This document shows, in pieces, positions 38,383 through 47,436 of a stretch of 64,000 nt of DNA. The translations under genes and the position numbers were made by a program. Position 1 is the first letter of the stretch. Each line of letters opens with the position of its first letter. The DNA lies in the NCBI GenBank assembly GCA_038207335.1, contig JBBQZX010000001.1, forward strand, positions 256,001 through 320,000. The letters run 5' to 3'. The stretch is from Chthoniobacterales bacterium. GTDB lineage: Bacteria > Verrucomicrobiota > Verrucomicrobiia > Chthoniobacterales > Chthoniobacteraceae. The notes under the pieces are model-generated. The model was not told the DNA's origin. It saw only the letters and a list, made by a program, of their open reading frames with translations, and made no database searches.

Positions 38383-39924
38383 TCACTTCGCTAGGACTCT
38401 CGCGCGCTTCTCCAAGCCCACGGCATCTTCGCCGCGTGCGCGTTCGGCGGCGAGTAGCGCTGCGAGCGCCTCCACTTTTCCCGGGTGTTCCGATGCAACG
38501 TTTTTCGTCTCACCGAGGTCGGTGGCCAGGTCGTAAAGCTGCGGCGCGGGCGCGTTGCCAGTCTCCGTGTCCGTGTCCTTGTTTCGCGCGATGCCGGGGC
38601 GTGGCGGAATGAATTTCCACTGCCCACTGCGCGCGGCGACGACGCCGGAATGCTCGATCAACTGCGTGCGCCCCGTCGGCGAATCGCCGAGCAGCGCGGG
38701 TAGCACGTTCTGACTGTCGGGCGAAGTCTTTGCATCGAACTCCCGACCCGCGAGCGACGCGAATGTCGCCGGAAAATCAACCTGCGAGACGAGCGCATCC
38801 GACACGCCGGGCTTCACGCGGCCGGGCCAGCGCACGATGAATGGCACGCGCGTCCCGCCCTCAAAGATGCTGTATTTGCCGCCACGCAGCGGCCCCGCGG
38901 GCCGATGATCGCCGAGCTTCAGTTTCGCTCCGTCTCGGTATCCGTCATCGACGACGGGCCCGTTGTCGCTGCTGAAAATCACGAGCGTTTTATCTGCTAG
39001 CCCGTTCTTTTCCAGCGCCGCGATCATCTCTCCCACGCACCAATCGAGTTCGAGGATTACATCGCCGCGAACGCCGAGTTCGCTTTTCCCCGCGAAGCGC
39101 GAATGCGGCACCCGTGGCACGTGGATGTCGTGCGTTGCGAGCTCGAGAAAGAACGGACCCTCGCGATGCTGCTCGATGAACGCCGTCGCGCGCTCGACAT
39201 ACTTGCCCATCATGTCTTCGTCCGACCAGCGGGCGGACTTTCCGCCGCTCATGTATCCGATGCGGCTGATGCCATTCACGATGGTCTGATCGTGCCCGTG
39301 GCTGGGCTGCACTTTCAGCAACTCGGGATGCTCTTTGCCCGTTGGCTCCTCGCCGATGTATTCCGAAAAGCTGACCTTCAGGGGGTCCGCAGCGTCGAGT
39401 CCGAGCACGCGGTGATTCTCCACATAAACACACGGCACGCGGTCGCCTGTCGCCGGCATGAGAAAGCAATAATCGAAGCCGAGTTCCAGCGGGCCAGGTG
39501 TGATTTCACCATTCCAGTCAAGCCCGCCGCGGCCGAGCCCGAGATGCCATTTGCCGATGATGCCAGTCGTGTAGCCTGCACCTTTGAGGACGCTCGCGAG
39601 CGTCGTGCGGCCTGGCTCGATGATGAGCGGCGCATCGCCCGGCAGCACGCCGGTGCCGCGCTTTCGCCACGCGTATTCGCCAGTGAGCATCGCGTATCGC
39701 GAAGGCGTGCAAGTCGATGAGCCGCAGTGCCCGTCGGTAAAGCGCAGACCTTCGCGTGCGAGCCGGTCGATGTTCGGCGTGGCGATGCGTGTCGCGCCGT
39801 AGCAGCTCACGTCGCCGTAGCCGAGGTCGTCGGCGTAGATGAGTAAAATGTTCGGCTTCTCGGCTGCAAAAATCGAGTGGGCGAACGTGAGCGCGAGGAG
39901 GGCGAAAACGGGAGGAAGTTTCAT
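38383..39924 (-). CDS. Arylsulfatase (formylglycine-dependent, Cys type)
   Basis: Signal peptide; KPNILLIYADDLGYGD, CTPSR, GKWHLG, SSDNG and EGGTRVP. Confidence 0.95.
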   Translation of the reverse strand: MKLPPVFALLALTFAHSIFAAEKPNILLIYADDLGYGDVSCYGATRIATPNIDRLAREGLRFTDGHCGSSTCTPSRYAMLTGEYAWRKRGTGVLPGDAPLIIEPGRTTLASVLKGAGYTTGIIGKWHLGLGRGGLDWNGEITPGPLELGFDYCFLMPATGDRVPCVYVENHRVLGLDAADPLKVSFSEYIGEEPTGKEHPELLKVQPSHGHDQTIVNGISRIGYMSGGKSARWSDEDMMGKYVERATAFIEQHREGPFFLELATHDIHVPRVPHSRFAGKSELGVRGDVILELDWCVGEMIAALEKNGLADKTLVIFSSDNGPVVDDGYRDGAKLKLGDHRPAGPLRGGKYSIFEGGTRVPFIVRWPGRVKPGVSDALVSQVDFPATFASLAGREFDAKTSPDSQNVLPALLGDSPTGRTQLIEHSGVVAARSGQWKFIPPRPGIARNKDTDTETGNAPAPQLYDLATDLGETKNVASEHPGKVEALAALLAAERARGEDAVGLEKRARVLAK

Positions 39925-40061
39925 GGCGGAGCGGATTCGACGTGAAGGGGTGAGCGCGGGTCAAGCAGCCACAGCGGGACCAAAGGGGCTGGAAGCATTA
40001 CATCGCGGCAATTATTTAGCGTCGGGAATGTTGCGGCACCCCATCTGCTCCGCTTGTAGGT

Positions 40062-41477
40062 GTGAATCGCGTACCCTTTAGTCCCGGCAGCAATCGGACG
40101 TCCGCGCATTCCAATCTGAACTTTTCGTCTCGCGCCACACTCGCATCCCGACCGCCATGTTGGGCGGTGCTCAGTTTCATCCCCGATGATCTTGGCTGGT
40201 GCGACTGGATATACGGCGAACTCCAAGGCCACGAAGTCCCGCTCCTCCTCTCGGGTCAGGGGACGCGCGACGGCACGCCGCTGCCGGAATATCTCACCGC
40301 TTTTCCCGATCGCTTCGATCCCGATCATTTCGAGCGCTACCCGGAGGCGCTCGCTACCAGCCGCTTTCTCATCGTCGTCTGCACGCCGGAATCCTCCGGT
40401 TCGCCTGAGATCGAGGCGCATATCCGTGCATTCAAGGACGCGGGTGGCGGCGAGCGGATCATCGCGTTGATCGCTGCGCGCGAACCGCACGCGGGCCAAG
40501 AGAAGTGGCCGCGCTCCCCGAACTCCGAATGGCTCCCGAATTGGCTCCAGTGGAGATTTAGCGACGACGGGGCATTCTTCTTAGCCGATCACACCGAGCC
40601 GCAAATCGTCGAGGCGCGACCCGGCTGGGCGAGCCTGGACGAGGTGAAAGTCGCGCTCATCGCAGCGCTGCTGGAGATCACTCCCGAGGAGTTGGAGGAG
40701 TTGGAAAATGCGACTCTCGCGCCGATTCCCACGTTGGCACCGATGCAGGAGGTGGTTGCGCTTTCCGGGAATGAAATGCTCGTCGAAACCGCGCCCGTTG
40801 CGATCGCAAAACGTGCGAGTCGCCATCGGGGGCTGGTCATCGGAGCGACGATTGGTGTGCTCGCGGGGATCGCGGCGATGTGGACAAACCACATGAAACT
40901 CGCAGCGGATCTGCCGGCCCCGAAAGTCGAACAGGCACGCGAACAAGCAACGGTGGCGGCTCCGCTCCGCGCGCTGCCGAAGGTCACGCAGCCGCTCGAG
41001 AAGAGTGTGCCGACCGACCTCACTGCGACCCAGCCGCAGACACCCGAAACTGCTGTCGAGCCGCCGCCACTCGAGCCGCCACCAGCGGAATTCCTCGGCC
41101 CGCCGCCACCGACAGCCGCCGATCTCGCCGCCGCTGAAGACGCTCGTCTGCGCCGTGAGAAATCGGCGCTCGCGACTCGCGCCGATGCGCTCGTCGTCGA
41201 GCGTGATCTACCTCTCGCGCTACAGACTTATTCGCGTGCGCTCACGGCGGCGAAGCGCTTCTCCGCCGAGCCTGGCGCGCAACTCGATTCGGCCGAGATT
41301 TATCGGAAGATGGGGACGCTGCAGGCGCAGATTGAATCGACTGCTGAGGCCCGTTATTCATTTGAGAAAGCCCGCAAGATCCTCAACTCGCTCCGAGCCA
41401 GCGGACAGCTTGGAAAACAGCGCGCGAGGATATTAGAAGACGTGGAGCACAGCCTTCACACGCTGCCTCGCGACTAA
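40062..41477 (+). CDS. Degenerate TIR-like domain + TM helix + Pro-rich linker + TPR-like C-terminus
   Basis: WAVLSF..DLGWCDW, ALATSRFLIVVCTP and IRAFK...RIIAL resemble bacterial TIR proteins; TM segment GLVIGATIGVLAGIAAMW. Start codon uncertain. Confidence 0.7.
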   Translation: MNRVPFSPGSNRTSAHSNLNFSSRATLASRPPCWAVLSFIPDDLGWCDWIYGELQGHEVPLLLSGQGTRDGTPLPEYLTAFPDRFDPDHFERYPEALATSRFLIVVCTPESSGSPEIEAHIRAFKDAGGGERIIALIAAREPHAGQEKWPRSPNSEWLPNWLQWRFSDDGAFFLADHTEPQIVEARPGWASLDEVKVALIAALLEITPEELEELENATLAPIPTLAPMQEVVALSGNEMLVETAPVAIAKRASRHRGLVIGATIGVLAGIAAMWTNHMKLAADLPAPKVEQAREQATVAAPLRALPKVTQPLEKSVPTDLTATQPQTPETAVEPPPLEPPPAEFLGPPPPTAADLAAAEDARLRREKSALATRADALVVERDLPLALQTYSRALTAAKRFSAEPGAQLDSAEIYRKMGTLQAQIESTAEARYSFEKARKILNSLRASGQLGKQRARILEDVEHSLHTLPRD

Positions 41478-41519
41478 TCGAGTAGCGACCGTGCCGACCG
41501 CCTGCCGAATCGAAAGCGG

Positions 41520-42281
41520 TTACGGCCGCTTCGCCTTACGCATCTCTTGCGCGCGGATGGCGTCGCGGAGTTCAGCGGCTTTTTCATACGCCTCGGAGGC
41601 AATCGCCTTGTCCATTTCGCGCTGCATTTTCTCGAGTTTCGTCAGCGGCTGCTTCGAGCGGATCTCCTCCAGCCATTCGCCGAGGAAGGTGAGCTCGGGG
41701 CTTTGGCTTTCCATCTCGGCGTTGCCGGAGTCGGTGTAAAATGCGCGCGTCTTTTCCATCCCTTTCTCGATCAGCTTCACCGCCTCGGGGATGTCTTCGC
41801 GCTCGATCGCGATCGTCGCTTTCGCCCGCGTATTCATCATTCGCACGTATGGGGTGAACTGTTCCACGGCCCACGCCGCATCCTCGCTGGCCGAGTGTTT
41901 CGAGACGAATTCGAACATCTCGAGATTGCGGTTTGTGTCGCGGATCACGCCGAGATAGTCGCTGAGCTGAAAGAGCGAGACGTAGCGGTGATAGTATTGG
42001 ATGCCTTCCTGCTGCAACTCGCCGACCTCTTCAGGAGTGAGCGCGAATTCCTCGCCTTTCTTCGCCGCGCGCGCCATGCGCCGCTGGTGAAACTCGAGCA
42101 GCGATTCGCAATTGTGCGGCTCCGTGCCGTCGGGGCGCCCGGTCATTTCCATCTGGATGAGCCCCAGATCAATTCGCAGTTGCAGCTTTTCTTTGCCGTC
42201 GCTGCCGAGGATTTTGCGCACCTTGATCACGCCCGGTTCATGGGCCCAATCGCGCAGCAGATCGTTCAAATCAAGGCTCAT
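41520..42281 (-). CDS. Conserved protein with a C-terminal UvrB/UvrC motif
   Basis: LQLRIDLGLIQMEMTGRPDG, EGIQYYHRY and C-terminal MDKAIASEAYEKAAELRDAI. Start set at ATG 42281. Confidence 0.85.
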   Translation of the reverse strand: MSLDLNDLLRDWAHEPGVIKVRKILGSDGKEKLQLRIDLGLIQMEMTGRPDGTEPHNCESLLEFHQRRMARAAKKGEEFALTPEEVGELQQEGIQYYHRYVSLFQLSDYLGVIRDTNRNLEMFEFVSKHSASEDAAWAVEQFTPYVRMMNTRAKATIAIEREDIPEAVKLIEKGMEKTRAFYTDSGNAEMESQSPELTFLGEWLEEIRSKQPLTKLEKMQREMDKAIASEAYEKAAELRDAIRAQEMRKAKRP

Positions 42282-42287
42282 CTGTGA

Positions 42288-42316
42288 ACTATCGAAATGC
42301 GCCGGAGTGTTGTCAA
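42288..42316 (-). promoter_or_regulatory. Sigma70-type promoter, predicted to give a leaderless transcript
   Basis: Minus-strand TTGACA (42316-42311), 17-bp spacer, GATAGT (42293-42288); the ATG begins 7 nt downstream. Confidence 0.5.
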
Positions 42317-42419
42317 CGGGAGGCCTAAAGTGCGCCGCTGCGATGCGTGAAATTTGCCGGTGATTTGCCTCATGAGGAAAGCCGGCCGGGGAGCGAAGTG
42401 CGAATGATTGAAGCGAGCA

Positions 42420-43580
42420 ATGACCCAATTTTCCACTCCCATCCTCGTCGTCGATGACGATGCGCTGAGTCGCAGTCTGTTGGTTCGTTCTTTGGAAAAG
42501 TCGGGCTTCGTCGCGACTCAGTGCGCGAGCGGAAGCGAGGCGCTCGATCTCGTGAAAAGCGGCGAGTCGATGCTGCTCGTGCTCGACTACTCGATGCCCG
42601 ACCTGACCGGCGCGCAAGTGTGCGAGCGGGTTCGCGGGGATTCCGATCCCGCGATCGCGTCGCTGCCGATCATCCTGCTCACAGCGCACTCGGGCGAGGA
42701 GCATGAGCTGGAATGCCTCGCGGCGGGCGCGGATGACTTCGTGACGAAGCCAGTCAACACCGCGATTTTGAAAGCGCGGATCGAGACGCATCTCCGGCTC
42801 CACGCATTGCGCGCGCAGCTTCGCGAGCAGAATGCGGAACTCGAGCGCGCGCGAGCCATGCACGAACTCGATCTCGATGCCGCGCGGCTTACGCAGCAGG
42901 CGATCCTGCCTTCACGCCCGCCGACGATCGCGGGCTGGCAGCTCGCGTCGCACTTTCAACCGCTCATCCAAGTCGGCGGCGACATGTACGACTGGCTCCG
43001 GCTCGCCGATGGCTCGTGGCTGATCTGGATCGCTGATGCGACGGGGCACGGTGCCGCCGCAGCGCTGCTCACGACTTTCACGAAGCTCGTATTTCGCCAC
43101 GCGGCGGCGGAGGGGAAGACCGCGCGCGAGATTTTGAATGCGGTGAATGCGGACGTCTTTTCTGTGTTCAAAGGCCGCTCGTTTCTGACGGCTGCGTGTC
43201 TCGTGCTGCGGCCAGATTCGGGCGAACTCTGCTTTTCTGGTGCGGGTCATCCGCCTCTGCTGATCGCGCGCGCGGACGGGGAAATCGACTCGGTGATCTC
43301 GCAGGCGCCGCCGATCGGAATCCGCGCGGAGCACGATGGCACCGAGAGTCTGGTGCGCGTTGAGAGAGGCGACACGCTGCTGCTTTACACCGACGGTCTT
43401 TACAGCGTGAAAAGTGGGCACAAAGACCGAATGACGCCCGATGATGTGCATTCATTTTTCCCGCCGAACGCAGCCTCGGCGGCGGAGTTTCTCCAACGCG
43501 CTGTGGACGCGATGACCGCCAGTGCCGGCGGAGAAGCGCTGCCCGACGATCTCGCGGTGATCGCGCTGCGGCGGCTGTAG
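42420..43580 (+). CDS. Response regulator receiver + SpoIIE/PP2C phosphatase
   Basis: ILVVDDD, LDYSMP and GADDFVTKP; VGGDMYD, IADATGHG, YTDGL and DDLAVI. Confidence 0.93.
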   Translation: MTQFSTPILVVDDDALSRSLLVRSLEKSGFVATQCASGSEALDLVKSGESMLLVLDYSMPDLTGAQVCERVRGDSDPAIASLPIILLTAHSGEEHELECLAAGADDFVTKPVNTAILKARIETHLRLHALRAQLREQNAELERARAMHELDLDAARLTQQAILPSRPPTIAGWQLASHFQPLIQVGGDMYDWLRLADGSWLIWIADATGHGAAAALLTTFTKLVFRHAAAEGKTAREILNAVNADVFSVFKGRSFLTAACLVLRPDSGELCFSGAGHPPLLIARADGEIDSVISQAPPIGIRAEHDGTESLVRVERGDTLLLYTDGLYSVKSGHKDRMTPDDVHSFFPPNAASAAEFLQRAVDAMTASAGGEALPDDLAVIALRRL

Positions 43581-43650
43581 TGCGGGATCAGGTACGACAA
43601 TCCACGTCCTTCCTTTCCATCGCGCAACCCGCCGCATACCGTCCCGCGCC

Positions 43651-44730
43651 ATGTTCCAAAAGCGCTACGCCACGCCGGGCACCGCCCCCGCGACGCTAGA
43701 TCCGCTGCCCGCGGCATGTGCCCGCAAGCCGGTCATTCGTCTCATCGAATACGACCTCACGCATCTCGACGAGCGCGTCATACCGAGCGTCGCGGAACTG
43801 CCCGATTTTCCCGACGACGGACGCGTGCGCTGGGTCGAGATGAACGGCCTCGGCGATGTCGATGAGCTTCGCGCTCTCGGTCATAGATTCGGCCTCCATC
43901 CGCTCGCGCTCGAGGATGCGCTGAATACCGGCCAGCGTCCTAAAATGGAGCCGTACGACGACCACCTTTTCATCGTGGCGCAGATGATCTACCGCGACCC
44001 GGAGCGCAAACTGTGCGGTGAGCAGGTCAGCATGTTTCTCGGAAAAAGCGTGCTCGTCACGATCCAGGAGGAGGATGAAATCGATACGTTCCAGCCCGTT
44101 CGCGAGCGCATCCGCGGCGGGCGCGGCTTCATCCGAAAACTCAAGACCGATTACCTCGCTTACGCACTGCTCGACTCGATCGTCGATCACTGCTTTCCCG
44201 CGCTGGAGGAGCTGGGTGAGTCGATCGAGGACTTGGAAAACGAGCTCATGGACAAGCCCTCGCAGAGCTGCATCCACGTCCTGCACGAGCATCGCCGCAC
44301 GCTCATGCAGCTCCGCCGTTTCGTGTGGCCGGAGCGCGATGTTCTGAGCGCGCTCCTCCACGACGAGACCGGCCTCATCGCGCAGCCGACGAAGATTTTC
44401 ATCCGCGATTGCTACGACCACACGGTGCAGATCATGGATCTCATCGAAAGCTACCGCGACGTCACCGCAGGCTTGCTCGAAATGTATCTATCGAGCGTGA
44501 GCCTGCGCACGAACGAGATCATGCGCGTACTCACAGTCATCTCCTCGATCTTTATCCCGCTCACGTTTGTCGCGGGAGTCTATGGCATGAATTTCGACTA
44601 CGGCGACGGTAGCATGCCGATGAACATGCCGGAACTTCACAAGCCCCACGGCTACATCATCTGCATCGGGATCATGCTCGCCATTACGACTGCGCAGATC
44701 ATTTTTTTCCGGAGGAAAAAGTGGCTCTAG
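43651..44730 (+). CDS. corA: Magnesium/cobalt transporter CorA
   Basis: LHPLALED, QRPK, NEIMRVLT and YGMNF signature; two C-terminal TM helices. Confidence 0.96.
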   Translation: MFQKRYATPGTAPATLDPLPAACARKPVIRLIEYDLTHLDERVIPSVAELPDFPDDGRVRWVEMNGLGDVDELRALGHRFGLHPLALEDALNTGQRPKMEPYDDHLFIVAQMIYRDPERKLCGEQVSMFLGKSVLVTIQEEDEIDTFQPVRERIRGGRGFIRKLKTDYLAYALLDSIVDHCFPALEELGESIEDLENELMDKPSQSCIHVLHEHRRTLMQLRRFVWPERDVLSALLHDETGLIAQPTKIFIRDCYDHTVQIMDLIESYRDVTAGLLEMYLSSVSLRTNEIMRVLTVISSIFIPLTFVAGVYGMNFDYGDGSMPMNMPELHKPHGYIICIGIMLAITTAQIIFFRRKKWL

Positions 44731-44756
44731 TCAGTCTCAGTAAGCGCAAAGATTTC

Positions 44757-45791
44757 TCAGATTTGGGTGTTTGCGTCGCCGAGGATGCGCTCGACAGCAC
44801 GGCGATGCGGGGAAGTGAGAGCGAGGGCTGAGAGGCGCGGGATGGGTTGCCAGCGTTGATTTTCGCCGATCGAGAGCGGATGTGGCTGGACGAAGACGCG
44901 GAGCGTGATGCGGTGGTTCGTGAAGGGGTAGTCGAGTTGGAGAATGGGGAGGCTTTCGGTGGGCGAGGTGACAGCAGCCAGCTTCCACATTCCGCGCCAG
45001 CGGGGGCCCGTCTGCTGCTCGAGGAGGATGCGGTCGCGGGAGACGATCCAGGCGCAATTTTCCTCGAGAGCGATGGTTTTCGCGCGGGGTTTTTTGATTG
45101 GCAGGGACTCTGGATCTGGCGTTTTGCAGCCAGCGCGGATGGGGCAGATTTCGCAGCGCGGCTTGCGCGGGAGGCAGATGAGAGCGCCGAGTTCCATGAG
45201 CGCGGAGGTGTGCTCGCGGGCGTGATTTTCGGGCAAAAGATCGGTGGCGTTCTGCCAGAGACGCGCGCTGCCGGCGGTTGAGTCGATGGGCTCGCGGAGG
45301 TCGGTGAGGCGGGCGAGAACGCGCGCGATATTCGCATCGACGGCGGGGATAGGGAGGTCGAATGCGAAGGCGGCGATGGCACCTGCGGTGTAGCGGCCGA
45401 CGCCCGGGAGGCTTGCGATGATGGCGGGATCGTCGGGCAGTTTGCCGCCGTGCTCGGCGACGATTTGGCGCGCGGCGTGGTGGAGATTGCGGGCGCGGGA
45501 GTAGTAGCCGAGGCCCTGCCATGCGTGGAGGATTTCGTCTTCGCTCGCGGCGGCAAGGGTGGTGAAATCGGGGAAGCGCGCGAGCCAGCGATCGAAGTAC
45601 CCGAGGACGGTGACGACCTGCGTCTGCTGGAGCATGAACTCGGACACCATGATGGCGTAGGGGTCGAGCGTTCGGCGCCAAGGGAGGACGCGTCCATGAG
45701 CGCGGAACCAGCGTGCGAGCGCATCGCGGAGTGCGGCTGGATTTTGAAAGGAGGATTTTGAAGGATGCACTGGCGGGCTTGAGACTCGCAT
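44757..45791 (-). CDS. mutY: A/G-specific adenine glycosylase
   Basis: LPWR, VSEFMLQQTQ, WQGLGYYSRARNL, HhH motif LPGVGRYTAGA, VDANI and 4Fe-4S motif CLPRKPRCEICPIRAGC. Start codon uncertain. Confidence 0.92.
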   Translation of the reverse strand: MRVSSPPVHPSKSSFQNPAALRDALARWFRAHGRVLPWRRTLDPYAIMVSEFMLQQTQVVTVLGYFDRWLARFPDFTTLAAASEDEILHAWQGLGYYSRARNLHHAARQIVAEHGGKLPDDPAIIASLPGVGRYTAGAIAAFAFDLPIPAVDANIARVLARLTDLREPIDSTAGSARLWQNATDLLPENHAREHTSALMELGALICLPRKPRCEICPIRAGCKTPDPESLPIKKPRAKTIALEENCAWIVSRDRILLEQQTGPRWRGMWKLAAVTSPTESLPILQLDYPFTNHRITLRVFVQPHPLSIGENQRWQPIPRLSALALTSPHRRAVERILGDANTQI

Positions 45792-45800
45792 CGAATCGAT

Positions 45801-46766
45801 ATGGAAACAGCGCCGAAAACCATCCACACGTGCCCGCTCACCGCGGAGCAGGCGCAGAAGCTGCGCGGCATTTTGCTGGCGCGCGGGTGGGAGTTTTCGG
45901 AGCGGCCGTACACGCTCTATTTTGCGCAGGCCGAGAAGCTAACTGCGGCGGTGTACGAGAAGGGGCCGAAGCTTGTGCTGCAGGGGAAGGGGACGGGGGA
46001 GTTTGTGGAATTCACGCTGGAGCCGGAGGTGCTCGGGGCGGTGAGTTCAGATTACGAGGAGGCGCGGGAGCCGGCGATGTTCGAGCCGCATTTCGGGATC
46101 GATGAGAGCGGGAAAGGTGACTTTTTCGGGCCGCTGGTGATCGCGGGGGCATATGTGGATGGGGAGATCGCGCGGCGGTTCGTGGAGGCCGGGATTCAAG
46201 ACAGCAAGCGGATCGGAAGCGATCGGCGCATTCACGAGCTGGCGAAAATGATCCGTGAAACGAAGGGCGCGATCGGCAGCGTGATCGCGATCGGGCCGGA
46301 GAAATACAACGAGCTTTATGCGAAGTTTAAGAATCTGAATCGGCTGCTGGCGTGGGGTCATGCGCGGGTGATCGAGAATCTCGCGGAGGCGCGGCCGGAT
46401 TGCCCGCGGGCGCTGAGCGATCAGTTTGCAAATCCGAAGCTGATCCAGCGCGCACTGCTGGAACGCGGGCGCGGGATCGTGCTGGAGCAGCGGACGAAAG
46501 CCGAGAGCGATGTGGCAGTGGCGGCGGCGTCGATTTTGGCGCGGGAGCGGTTCATCGACTGGCTGAAAAAAGCAGGCGCCGAGTATCGGCGCGAACTGCC
46601 GCGCGGAGCATCGGCAGCGGTAAAGGCGGCGGCGCGTGAATTGGTCGCAGCGCATGGGCCGGAGGTTCTTACGCAAGTCGCGAAAACACATTTCAAAACT
46701 GCCGCTGAGGTCGCACCGCAATATTTTACCAAACCTGCCTTGCCCGGTTCCGATGAGGTTGTTTAA
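45801..46766 (+). CDS. rnhC: Ribonuclease HIII
   Basis: N-terminal TBP-like domain (AVYEKGPKLVLQGK); GIDESGKGDFFGPLV, DSK, DQF and VAAASILAR. Confidence 0.93.
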   Translation: METAPKTIHTCPLTAEQAQKLRGILLARGWEFSERPYTLYFAQAEKLTAAVYEKGPKLVLQGKGTGEFVEFTLEPEVLGAVSSDYEEAREPAMFEPHFGIDESGKGDFFGPLVIAGAYVDGEIARRFVEAGIQDSKRIGSDRRIHELAKMIRETKGAIGSVIAIGPEKYNELYAKFKNLNRLLAWGHARVIENLAEARPDCPRALSDQFANPKLIQRALLERGRGIVLEQRTKAESDVAVAAASILARERFIDWLKKAGAEYRRELPRGASAAVKAAARELVAAHGPEVLTQVAKTHFKTAAEVAPQYFTKPALPGSDEVV

Positions 46767-46775
46767 CTCCACGAC

Positions 46776-47096
46776 ATGGGCACTTTGACGAAACGGGACC
46801 TAGTCTTGCAGATCAGCACCGAAACGGGACTCGTGCAAAATCAAGTCTTCGACGTAATTCAGCGGACGCTGGATCAAATCACGGACGCACTCGCGGAGGG
46901 GCGGAACGTGGAGCTGCGAAATTTTGGGGTGTTCGAGGTGCGGCTAACGAAGCCGCGCGTGGGCCGAAATCCCGCGGTGCCGGGGAGCAGCTTTCCGATC
47001 CCGGCGCGCGCGACGGTGAAGTTCAAATCCGGAAAGATCATGCGGCAGAAAGTGTCGAAACTTTCCGCGGTAATGAAGCGCGTGGCGGCGAAGTAA
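46776..47096 (+). CDS. HU/IHF family DNA-binding protein
   Basis: TKRDLV...VELRNFGVFEV...GRNP...VKFKSGK. Confidence 0.93.
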   Translation: MGTLTKRDLVLQISTETGLVQNQVFDVIQRTLDQITDALAEGRNVELRNFGVFEVRLTKPRVGRNPAVPGSSFPIPARATVKFKSGKIMRQKVSKLSAVMKRVAAK

Positions 47097-47107
47097 CGAC
47101 GCGGAGA

Positions 47108-47404
47108 TCAGTAGCCGTCCATCTCGTAGAGCCAGAAGGGCTTGCCGGTCTGGTAGTGGATAATATTCGGGCCGGTGACGAAGGTGGTCCAGCCATTCGG
47201 ATAGTGAGTGGACTGCGAGTAGGGCGGGCCGCTCGTGCGCTCGACGGCTTTGATTTTATAGACAGGGCCTATTTTCTCAACGTGGCCCTCGGCAATCCAA
47301 TCGGCGATGCGCTCGCCGCGGTAGTTGGTGACGCTTAATCTCGTGTAGGTCGTCTGGCAACCAGTGAGGATGAGCGCGAGGAGGGAGAACCGGAGGAGTT
47401 GCAC
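47108..47404 (-). CDS. Hypothetical lipoprotein
   Basis: Hydrophobic stretch plus lipobox LTGC. GTG start at 47404 chosen; the ORF is open up to 47440. Confidence 0.65.
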   Translation of the reverse strand: MQLLRFSLLALILTGCQTTYTRLSVTNYRGERIADWIAEGHVEKIGPVYKIKAVERTSGPPYSQSTHYPNGWTTFVTGPNIIHYQTGKPFWLYEMDGY

Positions 47405-47436
47405 GGCGCGGACGATGCCAGTGGGATTTCGCGACC

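Noticed and set aside
41481..41522. Additional GTAG REP-like remnant
   Set aside because: It starts with GTAG but lacks the gggatc/gatccc core; too degenerate to call.
42282..42863. N-terminal extension of the 447-aa minus-strand ORF
   Set aside because: Antisense to the receiver-phosphatase gene; the start at 42281 is supported by a promoter motif.
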